Positions 1 to 12,931 of a stretch of DNA of 64,000 nucleotides are shown here, piece by piece. Each line of letters opens with the position of its first letter. Within the stretch, counting starts at the first letter, position 1. The translations under genes and the position numbers were made by a program. Below the pieces are notes generated by a model. The model made no database searches. It saw only the letters and a list, made by a program, of their open reading frames with translations, and was not told where the DNA came from. The stretch lies in IMG/VR virus record IMGVR_UViG_3300024518_000034, positions 96,001 to 160,000 of that record; one strand, 5' to 3'. The DNA is from a virus.

Positions 1-177
1 GGGCAGGCAGTGGCAAGAGCTATAGAAATGGCAATTGAAGGAGAAGTTCCAGAAGTTAAGAAGCCTAGATCAATACCGAGAGCGGGAGGATTTAGGGGAA
101 TAGCAAATACAAATCCAGCAGTAAATCAATCAAGGGCAAGAAAAGGTGGGAATGCAGGACTGCCCCACTTTAAATAG
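1..177 (+). CDS. C-terminal fragment of a gene starting left of the window
   Basis: Open frame 1 from base 1 (GQAVARAIEMA...GLPHFK) to TAG at 175-177. Confidence 0.6.
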   Translation, partial: GQAVARAIEMAIEGEVPEVKKPRSIPRAGGFRGIANTNPAVNQSRARKGGNAGLPHFK

Positions 178-186
178 GAGAAAGAT

Positions 187-471
187 ATGAAGTTAAGAGA
201 TACAAACGATTTTAGTAGTGACACAACTGAAGAATATTCAAGAAGAACAAATAGTGTTGATTATGCTAATTGTGGTAAATGTGGAAGAAAAGTTGTTGAT
301 AAACAGGGTGTTGAGATCAAGGTCACTTCCGAGGAAGAAATAAGATTAAGTCCTAGTAATATCAGTGTTTTAAATTATACGTTTAAAGTATGTAAAAAGT
401 GTATATTGAGACTAGTTGGTGGTGGTGGATCTGTTTTAAAAATTAAGTACGGACTAGAAGAAGAGGAATAA
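187..471 (+). CDS. Small zinc-finger hypothetical protein
   Basis: CGKC...CKKC pair; AGGAG upstream. Confidence 0.7.
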   Translation: MKLRDTNDFSSDTTEEYSRRTNSVDYANCGKCGRKVVDKQGVEIKVTSEEEIRLSPSNISVLNYTFKVCKKCILRLVGGGGSVLKIKYGLEEEE

Positions 472-472
472 T

Positions 473-964
473 ATGAAAAAGATATTGATTTTAATGGTAC
501 TATTATTGGCATTAGGTGGATGTCAGACAGCGCCAAAAGATGTTACGCACGGCTGGGATGTGGCTATGGATCAAGCTGATTTGTCTCATTCTTTTTATGT
601 TAATAGGTTAAAAGCATATAATAGTAATTTAGACCTTGAACAGGAAAATCACAGAAATACGATTTTTAAGAATCAAATTAAGATACTTAAAAAGAATGGT
701 CAGATTGATGCTGACGGAGTATTGAAACTTTTTACTCTATTAAAGGCTAAAGAAAAAGAAAATAGAGATAGGTTAAAGAAACACGCTAAAATAGATGCTA
801 AGGTTGAAAAAGCTTGGGAAAACTTTGAAAAGATTATGGGAGCAGTTCGAAGGTATTTAGCTTCTGGTATGACTGAAGAAGATAGACAGAAGATGTATAA
901 GACTTTAGCTCAATTAGCAAAAGAAGGATTTAAAACTATAGAAGAGGAAAAAGAGGGAAATTAG
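473..964 (+). CDS. Lipoprotein with coiled-coil body (spanin-like role possible)
   Basis: MKKILILMVLLLALGG-C signal peptide and lipobox; helical K/E-rich body. Confidence 0.7.
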   Translation: MKKILILMVLLLALGGCQTAPKDVTHGWDVAMDQADLSHSFYVNRLKAYNSNLDLEQENHRNTIFKNQIKILKKNGQIDADGVLKLFTLLKAKEKENRDRLKKHAKIDAKVEKAWENFEKIMGAVRRYLASGMTEEDRQKMYKTLAQLAKEGFKTIEEEKEGN

Positions 965-1273
965 ATGTCAGATACAGCAGATAAGATTAAAAAATTAATT
1001 GAAGCGGCTAACGAATTAGCAAAAAAAGTAGTTTTTGAAGACGCAGAAGATAGGATTGAAAACCCATTTGATGAAGTAGGTGACATGTCAATTCTTGATG
1101 AAAGCGCAAGCGAAATGGGAACATTATTGGAATTAATCCTTAATGGTGAAGAGGTTAGTGATATTGTCGCTACGGTAGATGGAAAGACTCACGACAAGCA
1201 AGAAGTGGCCGAATGGGCTAATGTAACCGTGGAAATTCTTAAAATGGCGAGAAGCAAATTTTTCGCTGTATAA
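965..1273 (+). CDS. Hypothetical protein
   Basis: 102-aa ORF abutting upstream stop. Confidence 0.7.
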   Translation: MSDTADKIKKLIEAANELAKKVVFEDAEDRIENPFDEVGDMSILDESASEMGTLLELILNGEEVSDIVATVDGKTHDKQEVAEWANVTVEILKMARSKFFAV

Positions 1274-1316
1274 TAGTTTATTTAACTATAGTAATGATAA
1301 GGAGTGTGGATTATCT

Positions 1317-1652
1317 ATGAGATATAATACACCTAAAAGAAGTACAGAAATTCCAAATTTTATTTTAAATGGATTAACCGATCCCAAAAAGAAGCGTGCT
1401 GCTCAGCTTATTGGCGAAGTAGAAGCGCAAGTTGCTGTCGGTCTAAGGCAGGGACAAATGAATAAACAAGCTTTTATGCGACATATACCCAACATTAGAC
1501 ATGGGGCGGGCGTATACGAAGCACAACATGATATGAGTATATGGGAATTACAAGGCGACACAATTGTGCGTCGTAACGATAGTCAAATGGAAGTAGAGGC
1601 TGTTCTAAGCGCTCTTGAGGCTAATGAAGATGAGGAAAATATAAATGGCTAG
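1317..1652 (+). CDS. Hypothetical protein
   Basis: 111-aa ORF, AAGGAG upstream, 8-bp overlap with next gene. Confidence 0.75.
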   Translation: MRYNTPKRSTEIPNFILNGLTDPKKKRAAQLIGEVEAQVAVGLRQGQMNKQAFMRHIPNIRHGAGVYEAQHDMSIWELQGDTIVRRNDSQMEVEAVLSALEANEDEENING

Positions 1653-4600
1653 ACCTATTAAGAAAGACGATTCTTCTATTTTGAATCTCCTTTTTGCTAA
1701 CAAAAGATTGGCGAAAAAAGTCAATAAATCAATTAATGAGGAAAGAGAAGATCTGGTTGCAAATATCAAGAGAGTAGACGCAAAGTCTAAAAGAGATATT
1801 CGCGCTTATGCAGTGACTCATCCTGACAATATAAATAGAACTCCCGATTTGACACATGATAATAGGGAATTGATTGTCAAAAAAGCTAGCGAGGCGCTTG
1901 AAAGCAGATTGGCAGCTTTTATTGGCAAAGGTGGAACAAATGTTGATTTGGATGACATGGAAATTAAAAGTTCAAAAAATGACATAGGAGATCCACACGG
2001 GAAAGTTATTGATAAGGCCTTGTTGGCTTTTGCAGTTAGACTGCAGACCCCCACTAAGCCTTTGAAAGTTTTTGCAGCAGTAGAGTATGATGAAAGTCAA
2101 GAAACTCCAGAACAGTACAAAGTTGTAGAGAAACTATTTACTGGCGACGGTGAAGAAATGCCTTTTACTTCGGAAAACTTGCAAAGCTTTGTTGAAGATA
2201 ACGGAAGCATTAAAGAAAGTAGCTATAAGACTAATCGTAAGCTTGTATTGTTTGATCTAAGTAGCGACGATCCCAGAACGCATGCGTATGTTGAATTGCC
2301 AGTTAAAAATGTAGAAGCTGCAAGAGCTAAGCTACGCACTGCTGGCATTAATGTTCTTTCAAAATGGCTAGGCGCTGAACACAATGTGGAAGGTCCAGTC
2401 TATGAAGTAGTTTCTATTCCTAAATTTTATCCAGAAATCAAAAAGGTTTTGGCAGAAGAATATAAAGAATATAGCCGCGAACCACATAATGATGAAGATA
2501 AGGCGTGGAGTGACGCTACTGAAAACGCATCAGATTTCTCTGGTCGTTCTCGTGAAAAGAATGCCGCTCCATGGCAGAGTGAAGAAGGCGGTCCTACACA
2601 TCAGGAACCACATGCTGACGAAGACAAGGCACAAAGTAATGAAAGTGAAGAATCTGGAAAATTCCCAGGTCGTGCCCACGATAAGAATCAAAGTGAATTG
2701 TCTAGACCAGATGTAGATCGTTCAGTAAAGAATGACGAATTTGATGGTAACCACATGACAGACGCTAGAACTGAAAGCGTATCTGAATTCCCAGGTCGTG
2801 CCGCAGAAGGCCCAGTTGCAGATGCAGCTACTCCTGAGAAAATGCTTAGATATGAGAAGAAAAAGGCTATGTACAGTTGCGGATCGGAATGCGACTGCGA
2901 ATGTGAGAAATGTGAAGGAAGTGCTTGCTGCAAAAAGGAAGACGATAAGAAGGAGGCTCAAATGCAGGCTCCCGAACAACTTCCAGGCGAGTACGAAATG
3001 GGTGAAGTGTCACCCCTAGAACAGACCGAACAACCAATGGAGTCTTTAGAAGAAGAAGGACTTGATATGGGACTAGGTGATGAACTAGAAGAACCTGGCG
3101 CAGATTACGATGCTATAATTACCCTTCTTGATTGGGCACACTCAAAGATGGGAAAGAAGAAGTTATCTAAGAAATATAAAGTATCATTGGCTGATATGGA
3201 AAAGTTCGCTGCCGATTGGGAAAAGAAGGAAGGTCCAGAGGATCTGTCTGAAGCCAAGGAAGCAGCCGAAGCAGGCGAAGGTATGGTTAAGTTTACTGAA
3301 GATGACGAGACTCTGACCGCAGAAGCTTCTAGAAGAGGAAAGAGAATCGCTAAGTATCTTGACTATGTATCAAGCAAAGGCTTTGAAGTAAGAGCAGCAT
3401 GTTTCTGCAGAAATAGTGGAAACTGTGCATATTGCGGATCGTTTGGATGTAGTTCTTGCGGCGAATGTAATTCAAGTAGAGGAATTGCATTGATGGCGCA
3501 AAAGAAGAACAGTCCAGGTACAACTTGTGACATGCTAAGTGCAAAAAGTCATCCATCACCAGAAGGATTTCCGGCACCAGATAGTATGGACGGACTAGAA
3601 GGTTGTGGTGACTGCGAGCCAAAAGTAGTCCCTTCGCAAGAAGCTAAAAGTGAAAGTGAAGTAAGACATGGTGGAAAGAAAGAAGCTATTACAACTAGTG
3701 GAGTAGACAACGATCCGCCAAGTATTACATTAGAACATAATGAGATGGACGGTATGCAGGTTTCTAAGGGAGACGCTGCACCAAAGATGGTTCCATCAGA
3801 GCATGGAGAATATGAAGAAACTCCAGGCTTGAATAAGAACCATAAGCAAGATATTACTGATGATTCAGAAGAAGAGCCATGTGACGGTGTAGGTCCAAGG
3901 CCTGAATATAAGCCAAAGAGTAATAGCGATGCTACGAATGACTCAAAAGGTGAGAGTCATGAGTGGAAACCAGGAAAGCGTAAAAGCTCATTAGATATGT
4001 TTGACGATAAAGAAGAAGAAATAAAATTCTCTGGCTCAGAGAAAGCAAGACCATCAGGTTTTAATAGAGTTTATGCTAAGAAAGTAGTTGCTGAAAAGAG
4101 ATTGAAAGCGGCTTACGATTCTCAGAGAGGAAAGATTCTAGATGACTGGAAGATGGGAATGGTTGACTTAGACGAGTGCAACAAGAGAGTTGCCATGTTG
4201 AATGGTCAGTATATGAATAAAAAAAAAGAGCTAGAGCGTAAAGCAAGCGATATGGGCCACGAACCTGCAAAAGGTGGGGACGATGCCGATAAGCAAAAAG
4301 GACGCGACAAATATCACCAAAGTGAAACTCTAACTAACAACTCAGAGTTTGGTGATAATGATTGGTTCGATAGGGCAAAAGAAAAGAACCCTCACCAGGG
4401 TGGGTCACATAATTGGCACCCTAAGCTGAAGGGCGATGAAGGCAAGGAGCGTTCTGATGAAACTGAAAATCAGAAGGATTGGCCAGGTCGTTCTAGAGAA
4501 AAGCAACCAGACGATTCCGTAAAGCATCTTAATGAGATTAACCAGAATGCTAAAGAAATGGGTGAAGTCAAGGGTGACGAAGGTAAGGAACGTTCTGGCG

Positions 4601-6136
4601 ACAGCGAAGACGCTGATAAATGGCCAGGAAGAACTCACGAAAAGCGTAAGAGCGATCCATCAAAGGATGCAAGTAAATACATGTATCGTAGCGAGCAGAA
4701 GAAGTGTGATTGTGATTGCGACCCATGTGAATGCCCAGATCCTGACGACAAAAGCGGCGGTGATAAGAAAACAGGCGGTCCCGGTGAGTTCGTTAACGCA
4801 CTAAAAAAAAAGGCTAACGTCTCAGGCGGTGGAAAAGAAACTTCATACGCAAAAGAAGGTAAAGACGATATAGCGACAAACATGCCACCATGGGAATATG
4901 ATGGTAATGATGAGCTAGGTCGCTCTGATCAGGCACAAGATGTGCCTTCGCCACTCCACCGTTCAGAAAATGTAGACGAAGAGTTTTATTCTGAAGGTAA
5001 ATACCTTAAAAGCGGTGGAGCCCACTCGCCTGCGACACGCAAAAAATCTGACGAAGCTAAGCTGATCGACGCACGAAAAAAAAAGCTAGCAAAAAAGTAC
5101 CGTAAATCATATGCTAGTTATATGAATAAAGGCGGGCAGCTAGATTTTCAGGCGTGGTTAAAAAAGAAGAAAATTGCTCAAGGAGATCCTATGTTTACAG
5201 GACAAGAGCAATTAAAGCCAATGACACTTAATGATTTAACTCCAGAGGAACAGGAGCAATTCTTGCAGTGGCGTCAGCAAAAACAACAACAGGAACAAAT
5301 GCAGCAACCACAAGTTCAGGCTAGAAAAAGAACTGCTGGCGGAAAGTCTATGTGTGGTGGATGCAAGACAATGAAACCAGTTGGCGATTTTAGTGGAAAA
5401 CGTTGCAAGAAATGTGCTTCTAAGAAAACTGCTATAGAACATGACCGTGTACCTACAGATATTAGAAGGCATAAAGTAGATCAACACATAGGAAGAGTAA
5501 ATCACTTAGGTCATCCTTACAAAGGGAATGATGTAGTGTTTGCTCCAAACGATTCAGTATATTCTGATTTAACTGAAGGTCGCAAGCCAAATTACATGTC
5601 ACCACTTACAGAGCATTACTTTGTAGATCGTGCATTGCGCGGAATGGATAATGGGTTTTACTGGAGTGGTAACGAAGCTTATCGTGGTGTAGTTGCTGCC
5701 GAAGAAGCTAAGTATCTTAGCGATTCACAGAAGATCAGATTAGCTGAGAATATGAGAGGGTACGGTATCTGGGTCGATGACGACGTAGTTCAGAAGACTA
5801 TAAAGGCTGGAAACGAGTTTGAGATTCAGCAGCGTACAGATACTGGCGACTTGAATAAGAAAGCAAAAAAAAAAGAAGCGCACATAGGAAACATGGATGA
5901 TTTTTTTAAAGAAAGAATAGGATATACTCCAGATTTTACAAAAGCGGAATATTGGGATGAAATAGATCCAGACGACCCAATGGCGAATAGAATTCCATGT
6001 GTTGATATGGGGTGTCCTGCGGGGAGAACGTGTCCTAAGTGTGGATTTACGCCTGAGCAGCGAGAAAAGAGAGAAAGATGGGAAGAAAAAAATAATGAAG
6101 GCCATGATCGCTGGGAACATGCAAGTTGGAGTCAAG

Positions 6137-6144
<8 letters not shown>
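1645..6144 (+). CDS. 1499-aa low-complexity repetitive protein, probable internal head/virion protein
   Basis: Long ORF with charged repeats (F/W)PGR, Cys clusters and recurring K/R-K/R-x-A motifs; function is inference. Confidence 0.75.
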
Positions 6145-7803
<1,659 letters not shown>

Positions 7804-7804
<1 letters not shown>

Positions 7805-8388
7805 TGTCAATTGTAGATAACTTTTATAAGAGAACGAATGAGGGCGAAGTTCAGAAAAAAACTGTTGCAAGAGTAAATGAAAATCAACAGTTGAGCAGCG
7901 CTTTAAGTTTGTTTAACGAATCAGTAGATTCACAAAAAAGAACTGCTGAAAATGCTGGGCGTCAATCCGATGAAACTGTTATTCAGTGGGAACAACGAAT
8001 AAGAGAACAGGGTCGTAGTCAGAGAGGCCAAAGCAGTCAACATGAGCCGCTTTATGCTGATCAATATAGAAAAGCTGATTATGAGTCAAATGAAAGATAT
8101 GTACAAGAAGCTGCTGAAATTGAGAATAGAGTAAGTGCAGGTGAAAGTCATGAATCAACGGGAATTGCAAACGATTTACCTTGGACTAAAGGCGATTCTG
8201 TAACGAACGTTGAAGACACTTACAAAGAGATGGGTGATATGCAAGTAGACAATTCTATGTTGCAGAAAGCTGTAAGTGAAAATGTAATTACTCACGCAGA
8301 TGCAGTTAAAATAAGTAAAAAGGGTAAGGTTGAGGGTATTAATTCGACTATGTGGACTTCAAAACCAAGAGAATCGGAGTTTGAATAA
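7804..8388 (+). CDS. Hypothetical protein
   Basis: 194-aa ORF directly coupled to upstream stop. Confidence 0.75.
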
Positions 8389-8390
8389 TT

Positions 8391-8729
8391 ATGGATTATG
8401 CGATAACAGCACTAGTAGTTGGTATAGTGATGGCTCTCATAAAGGTCATAGAGAAATTAATTGATCATAATGGTGAGAAGAAATCTATTCTGATGACAGA
8501 CGAAAGAGAGTGGTTACGTGAGTTGTATACGCAGCACCAGAAGTTTGACGAAAACGGAACGCCAATTTGGTATGTTCCGAGATCATGGGATGACACACAA
8601 CAAGAAATAGTAAAAGCTTTGACAACAGTTGTTGGCGATCAGCGCAGAATAGCAGAGTTGTTGGATAAAATAGAACAAAGATATGAAAAGATAAGTGAAA
8701 CTTTATCTGAAATGAAAAACAGATGTTAA
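8391..8729 (+). CDS. Single-TM membrane protein, holin-like
   Basis: N-terminal hydrophobic helix AITALVVGIVMALI followed by charged coiled coil. Confidence 0.5.
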   Translation: MDYAITALVVGIVMALIKVIEKLIDHNGEKKSILMTDEREWLRELYTQHQKFDENGTPIWYVPRSWDDTQQEIVKALTTVVGDQRRIAELLDKIEQRYEKISETLSEMKNRC

Positions 8730-8747
8730 AATATAAAGGAGAATATT

Positions 8748-8960
8748 ATGGGAAGCGAAAAATATAATTTAGGTTATGGAGATTTACTAAAGCTTGGTAA
8801 GGGTGCTGCACTTGCAGGTCTTGGCGCGTTAGGAAGTTATCTATTGCAAGTTGGAGTACCAACTAGTTTAGATAAGCAGGAATGGTTACTTCTTGGTGCC
8901 GCAGCAGGGTCAGTAGCTTTGAACGCTGCATATAAATTTCTAACTGACACGAGCGCATAA
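8748..8960 (+). CDS. Small two-TM protein, holin-like
   Basis: 70 aa, two hydrophobic Gly/Ala-rich segments; AAGGAG upstream. Confidence 0.55.
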   Translation: MGSEKYNLGYGDLLKLGKGAALAGLGALGSYLLQVGVPTSLDKQEWLLLGAAAGSVALNAAYKFLTDTSA

Positions 8961-9710
8961 ATGTATTATCACAATAGAGTGAAAAGATCTGCTAGTGCGG
9001 ATTGGAGAAAACCAGAAGATGGCGAAAAGGTCAAGGAAAATAGTCCATCTGTAAGAGCCGCCAAAGAAGCTGCAAGTTACTTAAAAGCGTTAAGATATGG
9101 GCAACTGGCAACACCAACTCCAGTGGCAGGAACAGAGCAGACAAGTCCATTGACGCCGGAACAGCAACAGGAACGCTTGAAACAACAGCAAGAGCAGGAA
9201 CGTCAAGTGCAGCTTCAGCAACAGCAGCAATTACAGCAACAGCAACAGGCTCAACAACAGCAGCAACAGCAACAAATGCAACAGCAACAAATGCAGACCG
9301 CTCAAAAAACAGAAGCGATAGGGCCAGATGAATGGAGAGAATATAGGAAAATGTTTCCAGGTCCACGAGGACGTGTGCATTCGAACCCTGAAAAGTGGAA
9401 CGATGAACCGGGGCAGATAGATATAAACGAACCAGATCCGCCGTTTTTAGGAACTGATAGAGATATCGATATGAGGTCAGAGGTGGGATACATGAGTCGA
9501 GAAGACGCACTAGAAGAATTAAGGCAAGATGAAGCTTCGTATGATCCGACCGCTGATTTCAGAAGAAAGAAAAGAGAAGATTTGGTAAAAGAAGATTTTC
9601 TAGAGCAGCCTGGCGTACAAGAAAAAGGCTGGTCTGCTCCTGTAAGAGAAAAAGAAGAGGCGGCAGATGAGATGGGATATGTAGATCCAGAAGAGGACTG
9701 GAAAGAATGA
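8961..9710 (+). CDS. Poly-Gln hypothetical protein
   Basis: CAG/CAA tract at about 9165-9290. Confidence 0.75.
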   Translation: MYYHNRVKRSASADWRKPEDGEKVKENSPSVRAAKEAASYLKALRYGQLATPTPVAGTEQTSPLTPEQQQERLKQQQEQERQVQLQQQQQLQQQQQAQQQQQQQQMQQQQMQTAQKTEAIGPDEWREYRKMFPGPRGRVHSNPEKWNDEPGQIDINEPDPPFLGTDRDIDMRSEVGYMSREDALEELRQDEASYDPTADFRRKKREDLVKEDFLEQPGVQEKGWSAPVREKEEAADEMGYVDPEEDWKE

Positions 9711-9964
9711 GACAAATTAAAGGCAAATCGATAGCGGATTATCTTCTTGACAGTAGGAAGAGGTCTGGTATGATGGAACATGAAGCTATTCAAGTACACG
9801 ACGTTAGGGAACGTATAGTTCTGGCAGAAATAAATCAAGGATTGCCAGAGAGTGACAAGAGCGATACTGGAGAAGTAGGACAAGAAAAAGAAGACTTAGA
9901 AGATTTAGACGGCAAGGGTAAGAAGGAAAAGAAAAGCCGTCCCAGTGTTGCCTATGATGGCTAA
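9707..9964 (+). CDS. Hypothetical protein
   Basis: ATGA overlap with upstream gene. Confidence 0.65.
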   Translation: MRQIKGKSIADYLLDSRKRSGMMEHEAIQVHDVRERIVLAEINQGLPESDKSDTGEVGQEKEDLEDLDGKGKKEKKSRPSVAYDG

Positions 9965-9975
9965 GAAAGGGATTT

Positions 9976-10833
9976 ATGAAGAAACTTAGAAATTTGAGCG
10001 AAGAGGATGTCAAGAAGCTTCTGGCAATAGTAAGAAATGGCGGAAGTGGAAAAGACATTCGTGATGCTGGAATTAGAACGTCAAATGGTGATTTAGTTTC
10101 TGAAAGGCAAGCAAGAAGATATAGAACTGCTGCTGTGGAAACTATTGAAAACACAGACGATGAGTTGCTGGACCGCTTCGTTAAGGGTGAAGGATACATG
10201 AGAGATCTGAATTTAGACGAAGAAGTTCATACAGCCTATCCAACTATCAAAGCGCCAAGGATTCAGAATAAAACAGCTATCATGGACATAGAGGTAATGT
10301 CCCCAGCGTTTGGAAGAATGTCTAAGTATAGTATTTATTTGCTATGTGTTAGTTTTCTTGATTTTGAAACAGGCGAAGTAAAAACGCTAGAAATAACACA
10401 TGAAGATGGCAGAGACGACAAGAGATTGTTGAATGCTGTCTTTCAGGAAATGAGAAAATATACGTTCATTATTGGACATAATGTAAAAGGCTATGATTTG
10501 AATTGGTTAATGACTAGAGCTATCTTTTATGGTTGGGATATACCAGATAGAGCTTTTTATTACTGTACTTATCAGGGCGCTAAGCGTATACCATTATTGC
10601 ATAGGAAGGGATTGGGGAATCTTATTGATTTCTTTAGAATTAAGACTGCAGAGAAGACTCAAATTATGCCTATTGAGTGGGACAGAGCAAACTCGCCACA
10701 CAAGGCTGACTTTGATGAAGCTATGCAGCAAATTGTCTATCATTGCGAGCAAGATGTAATTGCTAATAGAGAAGTATATGATCTCGTGATGAAATATGAC
10801 CCGAAACCTTCTTGGAAGCTATGGCCGCGATAA
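9976..10833 (+). CDS. RNase H-like (DEDD) 3'-5' exonuclease with N-terminal helical/HTH-like region
   Basis: IMDIE, IIGHNVKGYDL and YHCEQDV motifs. Confidence 0.75.
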   Translation: MKKLRNLSEEDVKKLLAIVRNGGSGKDIRDAGIRTSNGDLVSERQARRYRTAAVETIENTDDELLDRFVKGEGYMRDLNLDEEVHTAYPTIKAPRIQNKTAIMDIEVMSPAFGRMSKYSIYLLCVSFLDFETGEVKTLEITHEDGRDDKRLLNAVFQEMRKYTFIIGHNVKGYDLNWLMTRAIFYGWDIPDRAFYYCTYQGAKRIPLLHRKGLGNLIDFFRIKTAEKTQIMPIEWDRANSPHKADFDEAMQQIVYHCEQDVIANREVYDLVMKYDPKPSWKLWPR

Positions 10834-11549
10834 AAAAAACATTTGTATTAATATTATTAATTTTTACCCTAACAGGGTGTGCAAGTTCTCTTTTTAAAAG
10901 TTTTCCTCTTCAAACTGAGACACCTATTGTTAAAAAAGACTATGTTAAGTTTGTAAAAGTTGGCGATATTCAAATCGCTGATGTTGGGAAAACTAAAACT
11001 GAGACGAACCTCAAACAACAACTGGCTACAGCCTTAAAAAGATATCCTAGGATTACTACAACATATCTGACGGATGTGTGGTTGGTTGAGTCGGCAGATA
11101 AGAGTGGAGATGTATTAGGTAAGTATGTATATAGAGAAAAAGCTATCTACATATCTATAAATGGATACAGTGATAGAGAAATAATTGATACGTTCTATCA
11201 TGAATTAGGTCATGCAATTCATTTAAGTATGACTGTTAAAGCAGAAGACGCATGGTATGCTTTATTTTTAAAGAGATTGAAAGTTTTGGGATATAAGAAG
11301 TCTTTAGGAAAAGATTGGCGAACTGTAAAAGATATAAAAGGGTTTCCAAGCTATTATAGTTTAAAGAGTTTTTGGGAATATTTTGCTGAACATTTCAGAG
11401 TAAGCTCTATGAGATCTGAACATCACAAGAAAATGTTTAAACCAGAACATAAGTTACTTTTGAAACATAAACTATTACCAGTTAAGAAAATTAAAAAAAT
11501 AAAAAATGAGAAGACAAAGCGTAAAAAGAGTTATTGCAGAGCAGCCTAA
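10812..11549 (+). CDS. Lipoprotein zinc metallopeptidase (HExxH, lethal-factor-like fold)
   Basis: Lipobox LTGC; HELGHAIH; SYY...EYFAE third-ligand motif. Confidence 0.7.
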   Translation: MEAMAAIKKTFVLILLIFTLTGCASSLFKSFPLQTETPIVKKDYVKFVKVGDIQIADVGKTKTETNLKQQLATALKRYPRITTTYLTDVWLVESADKSGDVLGKYVYREKAIYISINGYSDREIIDTFYHELGHAIHLSMTVKAEDAWYALFLKRLKVLGYKKSLGKDWRTVKDIKGFPSYYSLKSFWEYFAEHFRVSSMRSEHHKKMFKPEHKLLLKHKLLPVKKIKKIKNEKTKRKKSYCRAA

Positions 11550-12762
11550 GGGTCATATTCACTACAACCCTAGGCATGGATCAGTTCCTAGAAAAACTAA
11601 TACTGATGAAGATCAGGAAGTAGTAGAGATGGGGTCTAGAGAGACAGGTATGGGCTCTGAGACTAATAATCAAAGTAGTGAAAATAGAAATACAGGTTTT
11701 CCCTCTTCTTCGAAAAGTGATAGGTCCGTAAAGACGCACGGACATAATAATCCTAAAGTGGACAGTCGCCCCGTCGAAACTTCAAATGAAAAAGGCTCAT
11801 CGACTAGTCAGAGACAGTTGGAGGGGGCAAAAGGCCCTCAGTCGTCAACGAGAGATTGGGATTGGTTTATATATGTTCCAAACAATCATAGCAGAGAATG
11901 TCCAAAATTTTCGTGGATAAATAATCAATGTGAGTGTCCGCCAGGATATCTTGAAGATATGTTTGAAAAAATGCAGCAATGGGAAGAAGGTGGAATGAAA
12001 GGTCCAGACCCTAGGGGTATTATAGGATCTAAAAGAGAAGCTGGAATAATTTGGGTAGAGAATCCAAAAATGCCAGACGGTGGATATTGGGCACACGACC
12101 CAAGTCAAAAAACTGATCCAAATTTTAAACAAGAAAAGGCTGTCACAATTGAGCCACATCCTGGTCTAGAAGGAATTAGAGAACATGAGAGTGAATTTCC
12201 TGGGTATGTTAAAAAAGATACTCCTTTAGAATATAGTGATCTATTAAATAGATTACAGGGGGGAGAAGATATACCATTAAAACAGGAAGCCCTTCATCTT
12301 TGTATAGATGAGAGATTAAGAGGTAACGTCAATTCTATAGTTGAATCATTTGATGATTTAAACTGGGATGATATTGATTCTGTGTCTTATCAACCGATGG
12401 CTGCGGCTGAATCAATTGAAGATTGGCCAACTACGTCAAAAGATGGAATAATGATATACCATGCAGACACCCCATCGAGGCAAGCTCAAGGATTACAGTA
12501 TGTAGAGGAAAATGATTTCCCTAAGAATGCTGTCATGTTGTTCAAAAATGCTTCTGGACCTTTCCATATGCATAACTGCAGATTCCCTATTGATATTATA
12601 TTTACTGATGACGATTTCAGAGTGTTAGCGATTCATAACATGATTCCTGAAGGTGGATATACATATTCGCCTATGGGGACAAAACACGCAGTTGAAACAC
12701 ATCCTGATTGGGCTGAAAATAAGGGAATTAGCGAAGGTGATATCTTATTTAAAGATGAATAA
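11506..12762 (+). CDS. Hypothetical protein with C-terminal DUF192-like domain
   Basis: MLF...FHMHNCRFPIDIIF...HAVET...GISEGD matches the DUF192 pattern. Confidence 0.65.
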   Translation: MRRQSVKRVIAEQPKGHIHYNPRHGSVPRKTNTDEDQEVVEMGSRETGMGSETNNQSSENRNTGFPSSSKSDRSVKTHGHNNPKVDSRPVETSNEKGSSTSQRQLEGAKGPQSSTRDWDWFIYVPNNHSRECPKFSWINNQCECPPGYLEDMFEKMQQWEEGGMKGPDPRGIIGSKREAGIIWVENPKMPDGGYWAHDPSQKTDPNFKQEKAVTIEPHPGLEGIREHESEFPGYVKKDTPLEYSDLLNRLQGGEDIPLKQEALHLCIDERLRGNVNSIVESFDDLNWDDIDSVSYQPMAAAESIEDWPTTSKDGIMIYHADTPSRQAQGLQYVEENDFPKNAVMLFKNASGPFHMHNCRFPIDIIFTDDDFRVLAIHNMIPEGGYTYSPMGTKHAVETHPDWAENKGISEGDILFKDE

Positions 12763-12856
12763 ACCCTACCTTAAACCGCTTAAGTACGACCAAGGGAGTA
12801 GTCCCTTGTGCCATTCGTGTGGTAAAAAAACTTGGAACTTCGCTACCGTAGTCTAG
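12755..12856 (+). CDS. Possible 33-aa Zn-ribbon peptide
   Basis: ATG overlapping upstream stop; CHSCG motif. Confidence 0.35.
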   Translation: MNKPYLKPLKYDQGSSPLCHSCGKKTWNFATVV

Positions 12857-12891
12857 CCTAACAAGCAGGCGTCACGAACTGGTGTGCCCAT

Positions 12892-12921
12892 AGTGCCCAA
12901 CACTGTGGGCACTTTTTTTTT
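12892..12921 (+). terminator. Rho-independent terminator
   Basis: AGTGCCCA-6nt-TGGGCACT followed by a T run. Confidence 0.85.
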
Positions 12922-12931
12922 GAAAAAAGTT

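Noticed and set aside
1-177. Terminase large-subunit C-terminus
   Set aside because: AVARAIEMA is only vaguely reminiscent and no catalytic Asp motif is inside the window.
5999-6136. Track start of the 601-aa ORF
   Set aside because: It overlaps 146 bp of the upstream gene; ATG 6137 with an 8-bp overlap mirrors the 1645 junction.
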